Positions 50,789 to 64,000 of a stretch of 64,000 bases of DNA are shown here, piece by piece. This DNA is from Vicugna vicugna (taxonomy: Eukaryota), in NCBI GenBank assembly GCA_013265495.1, contig MU058198.1:4541779-4605778 (forward strand), in the 5' to 3' direction. The first letter of the stretch is position 1; each line of letters opens with the position of its first letter. The notes beneath the pieces are model-generated. The model was not told the origin of the DNA, made no database searches, and saw only the letters and a program-made list of their open reading frames with translations. The translations under genes and the position numbers were made by a program.

Positions 50789-53700
50789 GGATTGGAAATA
50801 ATCACTGCCAATAACTCTCCTCCGCTTAGAGAAGAGTCATCAGAGATGCGAAGTCTTAGTCTTATTTCCAATTTCCAAGAGGCAAGATTCGGATTGACAC
50901 AGTTTGGGTCAAGTGCTCAGGTGTGAACTGATACATGGAAGTGAGCAGTGTCATATGAGATTTACCTGGGCGCCACGTGAATGTGAGGTTGTTGGTAAGG
51001 AACATCTAGGACACCCCAGAACAAATTCCATAGTGGGACAAGACTTTACGTCTTTGGTCACAGTATTTCCTAAGGAAATTGAAGCTTACCTTGGTTATAA
51101 TACAGTGGTTTGAGCTTAGGTGTCAATGCCATATGTGAAATACAAGCACGTGATTGGCTTTAGCTGTATGTTTGCAAAGATTGGTGGGTTACCTGTGCTT
51201 TGGCAGCCTATCCCTTGCATGTCTGCCTACCCTTGAGGTGTCTGTGAAGCCCTAGCCCTGCCTTCCTGGCCACTTTAAAGTTGCTGGACATTCTCCAAAA
51301 TTTCTTCTGGTAATTGTAGCAAATCCTTTTCAGAAATCTTCTATACTTCTTATAATACATGGGAAAAAACTTAAAAGTACCTGACTTTTCTGGAAATAAA
51401 ACTGCTAGAATTCTCTCCCTCCCCTCCAATAAGTCCATGGAAGAAAGCAAACACAGTAAGTCTTATGTTTTCTGATTTGTAAGTCAAGCCACTTGAAACA
51501 AGTGATGTTATGAATAAAGTCAGTGAGGTCATAGCGAGTAAGTCAGTGATGATAATGCTGATGTATACATTGCAACTTCTGGATGAATAAACGTTCCACA
51601 TAATAAACATTACAAAAAACAATTTCCCAAGGTACATCTATGTATAGCTCAGGATTGAGGGTTAGATTTGAAAGAAGACAACAGCCAGGGAAATCAGAAT
51701 GTCTTAGGGGAACTTCTAGGAAACAAACTAGCCAGTATACAGTTTGTGATCATAAGGTGTAGAACAAGTATAAATGTGCTTTATATTTACATTTTCAGAA
51801 TCTTCGTGGTAAATATCATCTAAGTAGTCTCCAGATTTAACCCTTTTCTAACAGAATATGATGAGACAATTCAGTGCTTTGTCTTCTCAACTGTGTGTGC
51901 CAGCAGTCTTCCCATTCCTTCTGGATTCCCTCATTTAATTGTCAATTACGGCTTAGAGGCTCTGTAGTCAGCTTAGAACAGTTGGTGCATCATTGTGATT
52001 TTAAATCCAGATTTGTGGGTCTAATACTTATTGGCCAGTTTTCCCTTACAATGATATTAACTTAATTATCAATCGTAGTTTATGGTGTACCATGAGTTTT
52101 CAAATTTTATTGAGAAGTTTGGATAGGGCTGCTAATATTAATACCAAAGTCCTTGGTATGAATGTTTTTGGACTCTTTGGATGCTTATTACCAAATATTT
52201 CCAGGATGTTTCATACTTTCAGAGTCATTGTGCTGATTTACACGCTCACAGGTAGTATATGGGAGGACTTAACACCTTCCCATGGGGAGTATCTGCTGGT
52301 TTAATAGACCTTGGCCAATTACTTAGTACTTAGACTCTAAGGGTGAAAGATGACTACATGTCCCTAAAATGTCTTTGATCATCAGTGTCATTGAATAATT
52401 CGTATTTATTTATATTTTTCTTACATACATTGCCTATTCATGGTCTTTGCTTTTTTATTATGGAATTAGAATGTTTTCTTAATGATTTTTAAAAGCTCTT
52501 TATATAGTAAGAAAAGTAATCCTGTGTATTTTGTGGTGATTCTAACCTTTAAGGATTCATTTTTAACATCTCTGAAATAGTTTATATAACATGGGCAAAT
52601 CAGAAGTGAAAAGTATTCCTTATGTTCTTCGTTGTGGTTAATCAGTCTGCTCTAACCGATGGTATATAGAGATGGTTCGACATTTTAATTCAGTGTAATG
52701 TTGTAGAATAAGCTTGTAGTTTGGGGGAGAAACATTTCTGGGTTTAATTTCTAGCTCCATTACTTTCCGTTTTAAGACATTTAACTCTCTCAGGTTTGGT
52801 TTTCTTAGCTACAAGTTGAGGATAATGTTAATGGCTCTGAGGCTGGATTATTTTAAGGCTCAAATTACATTGAGCGCATGAAAGGTACTTTATAAACTAT
52901 GATGCTGACATATATAACTGGCTCTGAATCGAATTTTGATGGCCAGTCCTTCTGAGATTGCTTCCAGCTGCCAGAATTCATGACACACTTGACTTGGATG
53001 AGGGTTGAAGAAGTAGACAAGTGGTTTTGAAATGAGTAGAAATTTCAGTGGTTTCTCTGTGAGTGGTGATGGAAAAGATATTTCTCATTTTTATAAAAGT
53101 AATCATTTTAAACTAAATGGCCGAAGAAAAGGAGGATAGTCTGAGGATTTGACCAGTGTTGTGGACTTGCTCCAGCAGGGAATGGTAGACAGAAATATTA
53201 CTTTTTCTTTTCTCAGACAAAACTAACCTGTCACCAGTGAAGCCTAGATTTTATTATTAGTAATGGCCCAAGAAAACCACCTTTGATAGGGTTTATTTTC
53301 TCTCCTGATTCATCCGTACACATCACTTTGGAGGAAAACTGATTTCTGATCAATGAAACATAACATCACAGACCTCCATATTTAGTCCTGATTCAGCATT
53401 CAATTAGGGGGAGTGAACACTAAAGTTTACGTCCCAAACTTAAAAAACTCAAATGTACCCTTACTTAAGTAGGATTTTAGCTCACCATTTAACCTTTCTG
53501 AGTCTTCTCTGATAATTTACTGGTATGCTGTGCTGATTGCATAAGATAATGTGTGCAAAAGGTCTTTGTAAGCTGCAATCATGTCAAACGTGTAACAACA
53601 ATAAACATAACTTTAAACAAAATGAATATTGTTATCTGCATGGGCAGTAGCAGAACGTGATTGCCATATTGAACAAACCACTTTAATTGAAAGCAGTTTA

Positions 53701-54478
53701 AGAAATTTACTGTGTAAATTAAGCCTCTCCACCAGTTCCTGTAATTTAGGTATTTTTTCCATTAGGTGATGATAATGAGCTATGCTTATTTGATCTGAGT
53801 CATAGGGCTATCCTGATAGAGATGCTAAATTTATAACTCACTGTGTATTTTTGCTTGGTACTCAGGACTCCCAGAACTAACTCATATTTCCATCAAACAG
53901 GCAAGATTGTTACCAAAGGCTCCCAACAGCCTTCATCAGCTCCCTTCCAAGGTGTTTTCTTTTGTTTTGTTTTGTTTCTTAGCTGCTCACAGCTTTGAGC
54001 ACACTATGTGATTTCCCTGTCTTTACTGCCTGGAACTTCCTTGCTTAGTCAGCAGATCCTTGACACTTTCATTCTCTGTGTTTCCTTCCCTAATCTATTT
54101 TCAGAGACCTTAAGATCAACGCTTTCAGGAGAAAGAAAAATACAAGAGCCCCTGTTTATGCAGAACACAGCATTTCTTCCTCCCTACAATGTCAAAAGCC
54201 TTATTTCTTCTCTTTTACCTATCCAAAGAGAATCTTCCCCTTTGCCTTACTTGCCCCAATCTTTTTTCCCTGCTTCAACTACCTTTTCTAGTGAACTTAG
54301 TATTCATAGAAAGATTGTTGTTACATTGTTTATTTCTATGATAGTTTTTTAGCAGCAGACTTTAGTTCACATATTAGGAGTCTCCCAGAAAGATTTATTT
54401 AGAAAAACATTTCTTAAAGGAATACAGTCCCTTTGGAGACATTTATAGCAGAATTGAGCATACACTTTGTAAAATTTC

Positions 54479-54984
54479 TGTATCAGTCAGGATTGGGTTT
54501 GGCTGCATGTATCAGGAAGATAAAATTGAAACTGATTTTAAAAGAAATTAATTTCTCTCCCATGTAAAAGAAGTCTGGAGGCCAACACTCAAGTCTGAAG
54601 AGGCATCTCCATTATTGATCCAGCTCCTTTTATCTTTCTGGTGCATATAAGCCATTCCAGTGTGTGGCTTTTATCATCAAGGCCACGTCGTGGTCAGAGA
54701 TGCCTGCTGGAGCGCTAAGTGTCATCAGTCAGGAAGAAGAAGAAAAATAGGAAGGCAAACGGGAGGATGTCCCATCTGAGGTAGCTTCCTTCCTGAAAGT
54801 CCAACCCCATACTTTCATTTGTATTTCATTGACTAGAACACAGTCATATGGTCACATCTAACATCAGGGGAGGCGGGGCAAAGTAGTCTTTTATGAATGC
54901 ATCACCGCTCCAAATAAAACTAGGATCTGTTACTAAAAGAGGGGGAGAATGGATACTTTTTGGCAACTAGCAATCTCTGCCACA
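54479..54984 (-). mobile_element. MLT1J-type MaLR solo LTR
   Basis: tgtatcagtcaggattgggtttggctgca ... caatctctgccaca, with TG...CA ends. Confidence 0.75.
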
Positions 54985-55319
54985 GTTTTATACCACATCC
55001 CTTGGCTTGTTTTTAAGTTAAATCAGCATTCTTGTCATCTTGCCTAGCTGGTTCTATTTTGCATTTCTCTTCCAACAGCCCTCCCTTAATTCTTTCCTAG
55101 ATGAAAGAGGGATAGTTTTAGAAGGAAGGTGGTTATTTTGAGCATGTCAGTGACAAAAAAATTTATATGACAGAAAGGGTGGAAGGTCAGTGACAGACCT
55201 AGGGCTTCAGGAGTCTAAACAAGTGTTGGAATAAATTGTGGGATATATGCCGCCAGTAGAGATGGCTTTAGGTAATAATTGAGAATCATAAAGTAAGAAA
55301 GATTATATTCCTTTTTCAA

Positions 55320-56640
55320 ACATCTTTTTAAACTTAATTAAAATTTTTTATCAATATAATACACATATGTAATTTAAAACGTCATGTAATGCTACAAACA
55401 TCTTAACAAAGAATGGCAGTTGCTGCCTAGCTTTACCACATCTTTGAGACCCGTTTATAAGAGTCAATCACTTTAAACTCTCAGCTCATCTAATATTTAC
55501 TTTCATATTGGCAAATTACACCCTTATGCTGCCATTTCGTTTTTAATTCTAAATTTTCTCAAAAATACATATTTAAGCATGTTTGTTTTAGATGACTTTT
55601 AATGTCACTTTCCATTTATAGTTATGAAATATTGGCTGTATTTCCTGTGTTGTGCAAGATACATCCTTGAGCCTGTCTTACTCCTAATATTTTGCTCTTC
55701 TCATGCCATTTCTTGATTTTTAAGGAATCTTAATTAAAAAAATAATCCTTGACTTGCTACTATGGGACACAAGAATTTAGCTTTCTAAATTCAGTCCCTG
55801 CTGATCTCTGCCTTATTGCCTTCCTCTTCCCTCACTCTCTCAGTATGATTGTATCCAAATTTTATGTTAAATGGTGTTTACATTATTATGATCATGCAGA
55901 TACTGTTCTCAGATGAACCATAAGATGTCCTATGATTACAGTTTCTTACTTTTTATTTTTCCAGGAGTTAATAATGGCCTCTTTTTTTGGTTTATTTGCT
56001 TAGTTTTCTATGTACTTATTGCTTTCTAAATTATTCAACAAATTCTCAAAATTCACTTAGTGTCATCAAATGTGTTAGATTAAGTTTCCAGATTTTTGTA
56101 TGTTTGTGACCTCTGCAACTTTCCACTCTCCTGCTCAGTTTTGATTGTCACTCCCTAGGCCACCTGTACAGATGTTATCCTCAATCTCCACCACTATCCT
56201 GGAAACTCCCTTGACTTCTTCGGTTGGATCACCAGTTTCCTGGGTTTTATGTATTCCTTTTCCTTGGTAAATTTTCTTTAGTAGCTTCTGAGAAAATGTG
56301 AAACGAAGGTAATTTTTTGAGGTCCTGAATATTTAAAACTGACTTTTATTTACTTCCACAAAAAAAATAGTTTACCTAGAAATTCTGGGCTGGAAATTAT
56401 TTCTCCTTAGACTCTTGAGGTATTTCTCTAGGACATTCTGGCTTCCAGATGCCATTGTAATTTTCATACCTTTATAAGCAACCTAGTTTTCCTCCCTGGA
56501 AGGACCTTCTCTGTATTCTGAAATGCCATCCAAATATGCTTCAATGTGGGTCTTTATTCCTTGTGCTGGGCACCAGAAGGGTACCTTTAATCTGGAAATT
56601 CAAGTCCTTTAGTTTTTTTGTTTTTCCTTTTTCTCTGTAT
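55320..56640 (-). mobile_element. Old L1/HAL1 fossil with a nested short L1 3' end (~55540-55703)
   Basis: T-rich ORF1-like antisense motifs. The insert is flanked by tgccatttc on both sides. Confidence 0.55.
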
Positions 56641-56649
56641 TTGTAGCCA

Positions 56650-56875
56650 GTTCAACAGAAGTCCTGGTGCAAATAGCATCTGAAGTGGGGCAGTCTTTGG
56701 GACTGAGCCCTTACCTTGTGGACCCTTAACTGATGCTGACTCCAGATGGTTAGTGTCATAGTTGAATTAAATTTTAGGACACGCAGCTGGTGTCTGGTGA
56801 GTTGGAAAATTTGGTCATTGGTGTGAGAAAAAGCTCTACACATTTGGTGTCAGAGTGTTCTGTGGGTAGAAACAG
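56650..56875. mobile_element. MER21-like LTR fragment
   Basis: gcatctgaagtggggcagtct..gggactgagccctta..gttagtgtca..ttgaattaaattttaggacac matches my recollection of MER21. Confidence 0.75.
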
Positions 56876-57244
56876 ATCAGAGAAGCTATTAATGGCCTGA
56901 CTCTATTAGAGGTGTGATGGCATTCAGATTTCTACAGTCACTACTGTTATGCCTCTAAGTCTTGCATGATTGGTTTCCCTAGATATGCATATTCGATCCT
57001 TGGGAATTTACCAGACTCCTAGGTACGGGGGAATAGGTGGGGATTAGGGTGAGTGGGTAACTGTTTCCATCTTGCAACACCCAGGGGTACAATGGATCAT
57101 TCTTTGGAGCAAATGAAAGCATAATTTCTCCTTTCTCACACTCTATAAAGGAAAACTTCTTAATTGGGGAAAGTTGAGGATAAGCCAATCTTATAAAAAT
57201 CAGTTCCTCACCTCCTTCCAACTTTGTAACTTTTAGTCAGAAGT

Positions 57245-57540
57245 TGTGACTTGCATTCCACTGACCAAATCAAGTACGTAAATGTGTTTTGTTTGGCTTA
57301 TATCACACTGAAAACATTAATTGGCACTATTTAAATATAGGGGCATTTCACACAAAAATTTGGAGACCTAACTTTTCTTTAAAACAACAACAACAGAATG
57401 CCAGATTTGGTAGCAGTGGGTTGACATTCCTGTGTAGTGGCTGCCCCTCTTTGCATGAGGCATGCATTCTCCAGCTGGCCAGCTTCACTCTTGTAGATTA
57501 CTGACTGGACTCCAAGGGCATTTGAGTTTGTGTTCCTGTG
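57245..57540. mobile_element. MER102-like hAT-Charlie DNA transposon fossil
   Basis: atttcacacaaaaatttgga...agtggctgcccctctt...gcattctccag...ggcatttgagtttg. Confidence 0.6.
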
Positions 57541-59869
57541 TCCCTTGCTTTACTCCATCACAACATATCCACAGCTAATGACTGATTTTTGAGTCTTGGC
57601 TCTCTCAGAGTTTGCAACTGTACCCAGGCTTTTCTGCATAATTTCTGACTCTTCCATATCCTTGACTTCACCTCTGGTGTATGGTTTTGCTGTCATTCTG
57701 TGGGTGGGTCATTCACAGCTGCTATCTCTGAATTTTCTGTAAAGTCCCTGGGCTCAATAAATCCCCAGGGTCTTCCCACTCCCGGCCACCTTCAGTAGGT
57801 AAAATATTTCTACTCGAGTTTAGCTCCTTTGGACTTAACTCCTGTATTGATCTGCTAAGTTGCTGTCCGTATTGGTCTGCTGTGGTCCACCACAAGGAAA
57901 AATTTAGACAAGGAATCTATCAAGGGAAGTCCCAGTAAATACAGGACTCTGCAGTTGGTGGATGTCCCAGGGGAGAGTTGTGAGCCAGGAATCCAAGTGG
58001 TTCTTGATATAATGATTCTGGAGGATAAGCCCATCTGGAAAGCCCATCTCAGATAGGGTCATGCTATGTGGTTTTGGTAAGTTGGTGAGAGGGAGCCAGG
58101 GTAGACAGCAAGTTTTGCAGACAACAACTTAGGTAGCAAATTGGGCTCCAGCGTGGGTCAGGAAGGGAAAAGGCTTTGTTGGATGATAAGGTTGAAGGTT
58201 AGACCCTGTGTCCAGAAAATCAGCTCCCCAAAAATCTCTGAGTGAAGTCAGTTGCTATCCTTATGTGGTACCCCAACACAGGTTGACAATGGGTAATAAG
58301 ATCACAGATCTTTTCTGTTTTAAAGTGTTGGATTTTCAAAGTGTCATATTTATGCCAGAAACAGATTGGCAGGGATCTTTGACATCATCTTAGCTAATCC
58401 CCTAATTTTTGCAGTGTATTTTATACTATATATAGAGAGTGTAATTTGTAAGACTTATTCATATAAATTCTATAACAATTGAAAAATCCCTACCCGGTGA
58501 TAACTGTTATACTATTCTATATTCCATACTTCTAGTATGTTTTCTATGCAAATATATGTATACATATATTTATTTATTTTACAAAAGAAGAATCACATTG
58601 TATTAAGGCTTGTATTTTATTCTTATTCTCATGATGTGTGAGCATTTCCACATGTTATTAAGTATTCTTTAAAGTGTAAGTTTTAGTGGTTGTATATTTC
58701 ATCATCTGGATCTAAAGTAATATATTTGATCATGACCTCATTACTAGATGTTTGGATTATTTTCAACTTTTGACACTAATAAAAATAATGCTGGGATGAG
58801 ACTCTATCATAAAGCACTGGCTCTCTGAATATTTCTTCAGACTAAATTTTTAGAAGAGGAACTAGTGAACTCTTAAGGGTTCCAAGATTTTTTTCAGTTT
58901 TGTTTGGATTTTCCAGATAGATATTTGCAAATAATGAGAAATGTTGCTACTTCCTTTGCAACAGTTATACACTTTATTTATTGATGTTTCTTGTCTTATT
59001 GCATTGGCCAGACATTTCAGAGTCATGTTAAATAATTAGGGTCATAATGGGCATATTGCCTTGTTTCAGTTTTTAATGGAAAAGCCTCCAGTGTTCACTG
59101 CCATATTTCGTATGCTTGTATTTTATTTAGGAATTTTGCATTTATATTCATAGATAAAATTGGTCTGTAGCTTTCTTTTTCTATGCTTTCTTTGTCAAGT
59201 TTTGTGATAGGGTTATGCTAGCTTTGTAAAATATAATAGGTTTCTCTTCTGCAGAGACATTTCCTGTGTGAGGAAGAGATAGCAATTTCCAACAGGCAAG
59301 CATACTGAATGTTTGACAGGCCAGTCGGGTGGTTTTCTTTCAAAGACGCAGACAGAAGATACATAATTGAATTCCCACACTCAGCCTCAGACTGGTTATC
59401 CCGTCAGCAAGCTGGCATGTAAAATGATGTGCAATTGCTTCAATTACAAAAATCGAAGCATTTAGACAATCCTCCCTCTTCTGTTTGAGATGCAGCCTCT
59501 GCATCTGAGTTTGAAGCTGTCAGGCATCCAATTTCGGCAATTCCAGATTCGAGGAGTTTGCTGTGGGCCTCTGCTGGCCCCATTGCTACAGCACTGCTGA
59601 CGTGTCAACTGTCATCCCTGTAGAGACCTGGATCCCCGTTATACACCTTTTCTGCTGTCCCTTCTGCAAGGAGACTTGTCAGTATGTTTATGGGAAAGAT
59701 GCTCAATAGTCCAAATTCACCTTTTCTGAAGGATCCTCAGAACTGACCCCAACACCCATCTTCTGGTGGTGCTCCAAATTCCAAGTCAGATCTAACAGGG
59801 GCTGAGCTGTACTCATTTGCCCAGTGCAGATATTGAGACAGTCTCAGAGATGAGGATGACCACTTTAAC

Positions 59870-60505
59870 TCATTAATTTGCTAAGCACTGTTCATGCTCT
59901 TTCCTAAGTATCCAGGAATCTTTTTTTTTTTTTAATCCTCGTTGCCACCTACAGGCCACCATTGGCTCTCACCTAGATTGTAGCGGATAACGCTAAATGG
60001 TCTTACTCCTACTCTAGTCCAGCCATCGTCAGGCCAGCCAGAGTAATATTTCTAAATTATCAATAAGTCAATCAGTAACATGATTTGGGCACCTCTCTCT
60101 TAAAAAGCTCTGAATGACTTCCCAAGGGATTTCAGATGGCGTTAGAACTCCTTGGCATAACTCATACGGCAAGTCTGTAATACTTTCCCCCTCCCTTTCC
60201 TCTCTCGCCCAACTTTCTGCATTCCTCGCTGGAATCTGGCCCTCCAGGGATTCTTTCCACTTCGGTGCTCCACACTTCTCTGTTGCACGTGCTTTCCTTT
60301 GCCTGAAAAACTACTACCTGGCTGATGTCTGCCTATTCTTCACATCTCAACTCAGACATCATTTTCCACGGATGTTTTTCTGACCCCTCGAGGTTGGGAT
60401 TGGTGGCTTTTGTTTTTTCCCTCATAGCACCTGTATCATGGCATGTATAGTAAGCATATTTCTCAGCATACAGTGGGTACTTAATAAATATCTTGAGTGA
60501 ATAAG
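59870..60505. mobile_element. L2 3' region fossil
   Basis: ctctcacctagattg, gccagagtaat, tctcaactcagacatc, acttaataaatatcttgagtgaat. Confidence 0.65.
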
Positions 60506-62208
60506 TTGTATTCTTGCCTCTTGAAGAAATCTCTTCAATCACCTCTAAGAAATTCAATTTTCCGAGTGGAAAATCTGACCCCCTAGGTGAGAAGAAAATT
60601 GAACTCAACTTTCACTTTCAAACCTGAAGGATAACTCAATAGATGTTGAATAACTAAATGAATGAAGAGGTTGTATACAGTGTATTCAATGCCTGTCACA
60701 GTGCAATAGAAATTATTTTTTTATTTGAAATCAAAAGACTAGGTTGCATCCCCAAATCCTTCACTTACTACTTACGTGCTTTGAGCAAGTGCTTTTCTTC
60801 TCCACCACCTCGATGTCATCGTCTGAAAAGGAGGGCCATGACCCCTGCTTGTCTCATACGTTTACTGAAATAATGTATTTAAACACGATGTGTAAGTGAC
60901 TTCATCAAGACGGCAACATAGGTCATGCCTGACTTCAGTCCTTATCACAGTAAGATCCATAGACAAGACACTACTGTGAAAATCCCAGAAGTGGGGCTGA
61001 GTCTGAAGGACCCTCTAGATCTCAAAGACAGAGGAGGACCTCATTAGAAAGTAAGAGGATTGGCTACACTCTGACCACACTGCTCCTTTCCCGAGCCAGC
61101 ACAACACATCAACAAAGGGGCCCCTCTGGGCCTGTGGTTTCTCCAGTGGGAAAAAGAGAGCCCGAGGTGGATATCCAGCTCCCCCAGTATCGCGAGGTAC
61201 TTCCCAGAAGGCCCACTTGGGTCCTGCCCTATGGGGATCACAGGGGAATCTGCAGGGCTTAACTACCAGGGATGGGTAGATAGAGACAGAGAATAGGGAC
61301 AAGGCTTCTGGCAGCCAGTGCTCAGATCTTGGTGGACCATATTCCTGCTTGCAGCGAAGCCTGAGCGGAGATCCCAAGCAGTGTCTCTGCTCATCTGCAG
61401 AGCCAGACTGGTGACCCCTTCTGGCCAGTGAGCTCCGTCGGCAGTTCTGCCTGATTTGGGTCCCCAGCCAACACGCTATAGTGGCTCTGCCCTGAGAAGG
61501 AAGCAAATTTGCAGCCTTGCCCAGCTGCTGAGTCTAGCCTCCAGCCCCACCCAACCAGCAAGCCTAGGCAGAGAACCCAGGCAGCCGCGGAACCCAGTCT
61601 GCAGCCACCCTGGGGCAGGGAGCTACACCAGGAGCCCTGCCCAGCTGTTAAGTATCGTCTCTGGTCCTGTGTAACCAGGGATCCTGAACAGTGACCCTGG
61701 TCATCCTCAGAGCCCAGCCTACCGCCCTGCCCCACAGCAGAGCTGAGTGTATAATCCTGCCTGATTGCAGAACACAGACTGCAGCCTCGCCCACACAGGG
61801 AGCCTAGCCAGTGACTCCGTCCAACCCCCATGAGGGACCCTGGACAGCAACACTCCCTGACCACAGAGCAGAGCCTCTAGTCCTGGCCAAATGCGGTACA
61901 TGGCTAGGAAACCTTCTTAACCAGAGAGCCCAGCCAGTCATCTTATACAACAGTACAGTACAGCACATCCAGCAGCCTGCCTGGTCATGAAGCCCAGCCT
62001 ATGGCCCTGCCCAACTCTGAGGGATAGCCTGCGGCCATGCCTGATTGCAGAGCACAGCCTGTGGTCTTGTCTGACTGCAAAGCTCCGGCTGCAGCCCTGC
62101 CTGGACACAGAGTCCAGCCAGTGGCAGCATTCAGTTGGGGAACACAGCCTGAGATGCTGCCAAACCAGGAGTGATTGTGGAGTCCAGCCTACAGCCTTGC
62201 CCAATTGC

Positions 62209-64000
62209 AACTTTACATCCCAAGGAAGTAGAAAAAAGAAAAATATACACTAAACCCAAAGCTAGCAGAAAGAAGGAACTGATAAAGATTAGAGCAAAAA
62301 TCAATAAACTAGAGAAAAGGGAAACAGTAGAAGAGATTGACAAAACTACAACTTGGTTCTTTGAAAAGATAAACAAAATTGACAAACCTTACCTGGCCTA
62401 ACAAAAGAGAGACAGGAAGAGAGAGAGCCCAATAAATAGAATTCTAAACAAAAGGAGAGGCATTACAACTGATACCAGAGAAATACAAAGGATCATGAGA
62501 GACTACTATGAACAATCATGCACCAACAAATTGTACACCCTGGAAGAAATGGATAAATTCCTAGAAACATACAACCTCCCAAGACTGAATTAGGAAGAAA
62601 TAGAAAACCTGAACAGATGAATACAAAAATGTAAGGAAATTGAATCAGCAATCAAAAACCCCCTAATAAAGAAAAACCTAGGAACTAGTAGTTTCACTAG
62701 CGAATTTTACTAAACATTTAAAGAATTGGCACAACTCCTTCTCAAACTCTTCCGAAAAACGGAAGAGGACGGGACACTCCTAAACTCATTTTATGAAGCC
62801 AGCTTTACCCTGACACCAAAGCCAGATAAGGACACTACGAGAAAAGAAAACTATAGGCCAGTGTCCCTGATGAATATAGATATAAAAATTTTCAACAAAG
62901 TATTATCAGACCAAATTCAACAACACATTGAAAAGATCATAAACCGTGATCAAGTGGGGTTTATCCCAGGGATGAAAGTGTGGTTCGACATATGCAAATC
63001 AATACATGTGGTATATCCCATTGATAGAATGAAAAGTCATATAATCATCTCAAGAGACGCAGAAAAATTGTTTGATGAAATTCAACATATGCAAATCAAT
63101 ACATGTGGTATATCCCATTGATAGAATGAAAAGTCATATAATCATCTCAAGAGACGCAGAAAAATTGTTTGATGAAATTCAACAGCCATTCATGATAAAA
63201 ACATATAACTAATTGGGTATAGAAAGAATGTACCTCAATATAATAAAGGCCGTATATGACAAGCCCACAGCTAACATCATACTCAACGGTGAGAGGCTGA
63301 AAGCTTTCCCTCTAGGGTCCTGCATAAAATAAAGATGCCCATTCTCACTACTTTTACTGAATTTAGTGCTGGAAATCCTAGCTAGAGCAAAGTAGGCAAG
63401 GAAAAAAAACATAAGAGAAATCCATATAGGAAAGGAAGAAGGAAAACTGTTGCTATTTTCTGATAATATGATCACATATATATAGAAGATCCTAAAGACT
63501 CCACTGAAAAACTCTTAGAACTAATAAATAAATTCAGCAAAGTTGCAGGATACAAAATCAATATACAGCAGTCTGTTGTGTTTTTATACACTAACAATGA
63601 ATTACCTGAAAAAACAAATAAAGAGAGCAATCCCATTACAGTTGTATCAAAAACAATAAAATACTTAGGAATAAATTTAACCAAGGAAGCAAAAGACCTG
63701 TACACTGAAAACAATAAAACACTGATGAAAGAAATTGAAGAATACACAAATAAATGGAAAGCTATTCTATGCTCATAGATTGGAAAAATATGCTGTCAAA
63801 ATATGTATACTACCTTAAGCCACCTATAGATAGGCAAACCCTATGAAGATTACAATGGCATAATTTATAGAAATAGAAAAAAAAATCCCTGAAATTTGCA
63901 TGAAACCACAAAATACCCTGAACAGTCAAAGCAGTCCTGGGAAAGAAGATAAAGCTGGAGGCATCTCACTTCCTGATTTCAAATGCTATTACAAAGCTAT
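62209..64000 (+). pseudogene. Disrupted LINE-1 ORF2 (post-endonuclease linker and reverse transcriptase)
   Basis: Peptides KPKASRKKELIKIRAKIN...[44 protein letters not shown]. In-frame stop at ~62591. The FADD catalytic motif reads FSDN (63456-63467). Confidence 0.93.
62988..63181. repeat. Exact 97-bp tandem duplication within the L1 RT
   Basis: 62988-63084 is identical to 63085-63181. Confidence 0.95.

Larger units (their letters stand above)
60895..64000 (+). mobile_element. LINE-1 (L1M-type), internally deleted and inactive; runs off the window end
   Basis: GC-rich 5'UTR with repeated cctgattgcag/cagcct units to ~62208, then ORF2. Directly follows a MIR (60735-60890). Confidence 0.9.

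Noticed and set aside
51495..51566. Possible C/D box snoRNA (GTGATGT...GTGATGA...CTGA)
   Set aside because: The C box is imperfect, only ~5 nt separate the internal box from CTGA, and the terminal stem is 3 bp.
59941..59960. CTCF-like motif (minus strand GGCCTGTAGGTGGCA)
   Set aside because: A single imperfect match inside an L2 fossil; such matches are common by chance.
61015..61864. 157-163 aa antisense ORFs
   Set aside because: They lie in the GC-rich repetitive L1 5'UTR where stops are scarce; no homology recognised.
1..64000. CRISPR arrays, operons or prokaryotic defence systems
   Set aside because: The sequence is plainly mammalian, with no repeat-spacer arrays or gene-dense coding regions.

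Overview
Mammalian genomic DNA, probably camelid (camel/alpaca/llama). That assignment rests on five copies of a tRNA-derived SINE resembling camelid vic-1 and is not database-confirmed. The window is intergenic or deep-intronic and dominated by transposon fossils: MIR, L2, MLT1/MaLR and MER21 LTRs, hAT MITEs, old L1M/HAL1 fragments, short lineage L1 3' ends and an ERV1-type solo LTR with a 4-bp TSD. I recognise no cellular protein-coding gene. The only ORFs with identifiable homology are broken LINE-1 ORF2 pieces at 62.2-64.0 kb. The clearest oddities are in that terminal L1: its 5'UTR joins directly to mid-ORF2, and it carries an exact 97-bp tandem duplication. Also notable are an unexplained ~440-bp insert with a hairpin inside another L1, and a regulatory-looking cluster at 24.5-25.4 kb (perfect HSE, nested inverted repeat, CpG-rich Z-DNA/NRF1/ETS patch). 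There is also an RFX X-box and several low-confidence exon candidates. I see no evidence of a new biological system. Repeat family names come from recalled consensus sequences, and boundaries are approximate unless TSDs are given.
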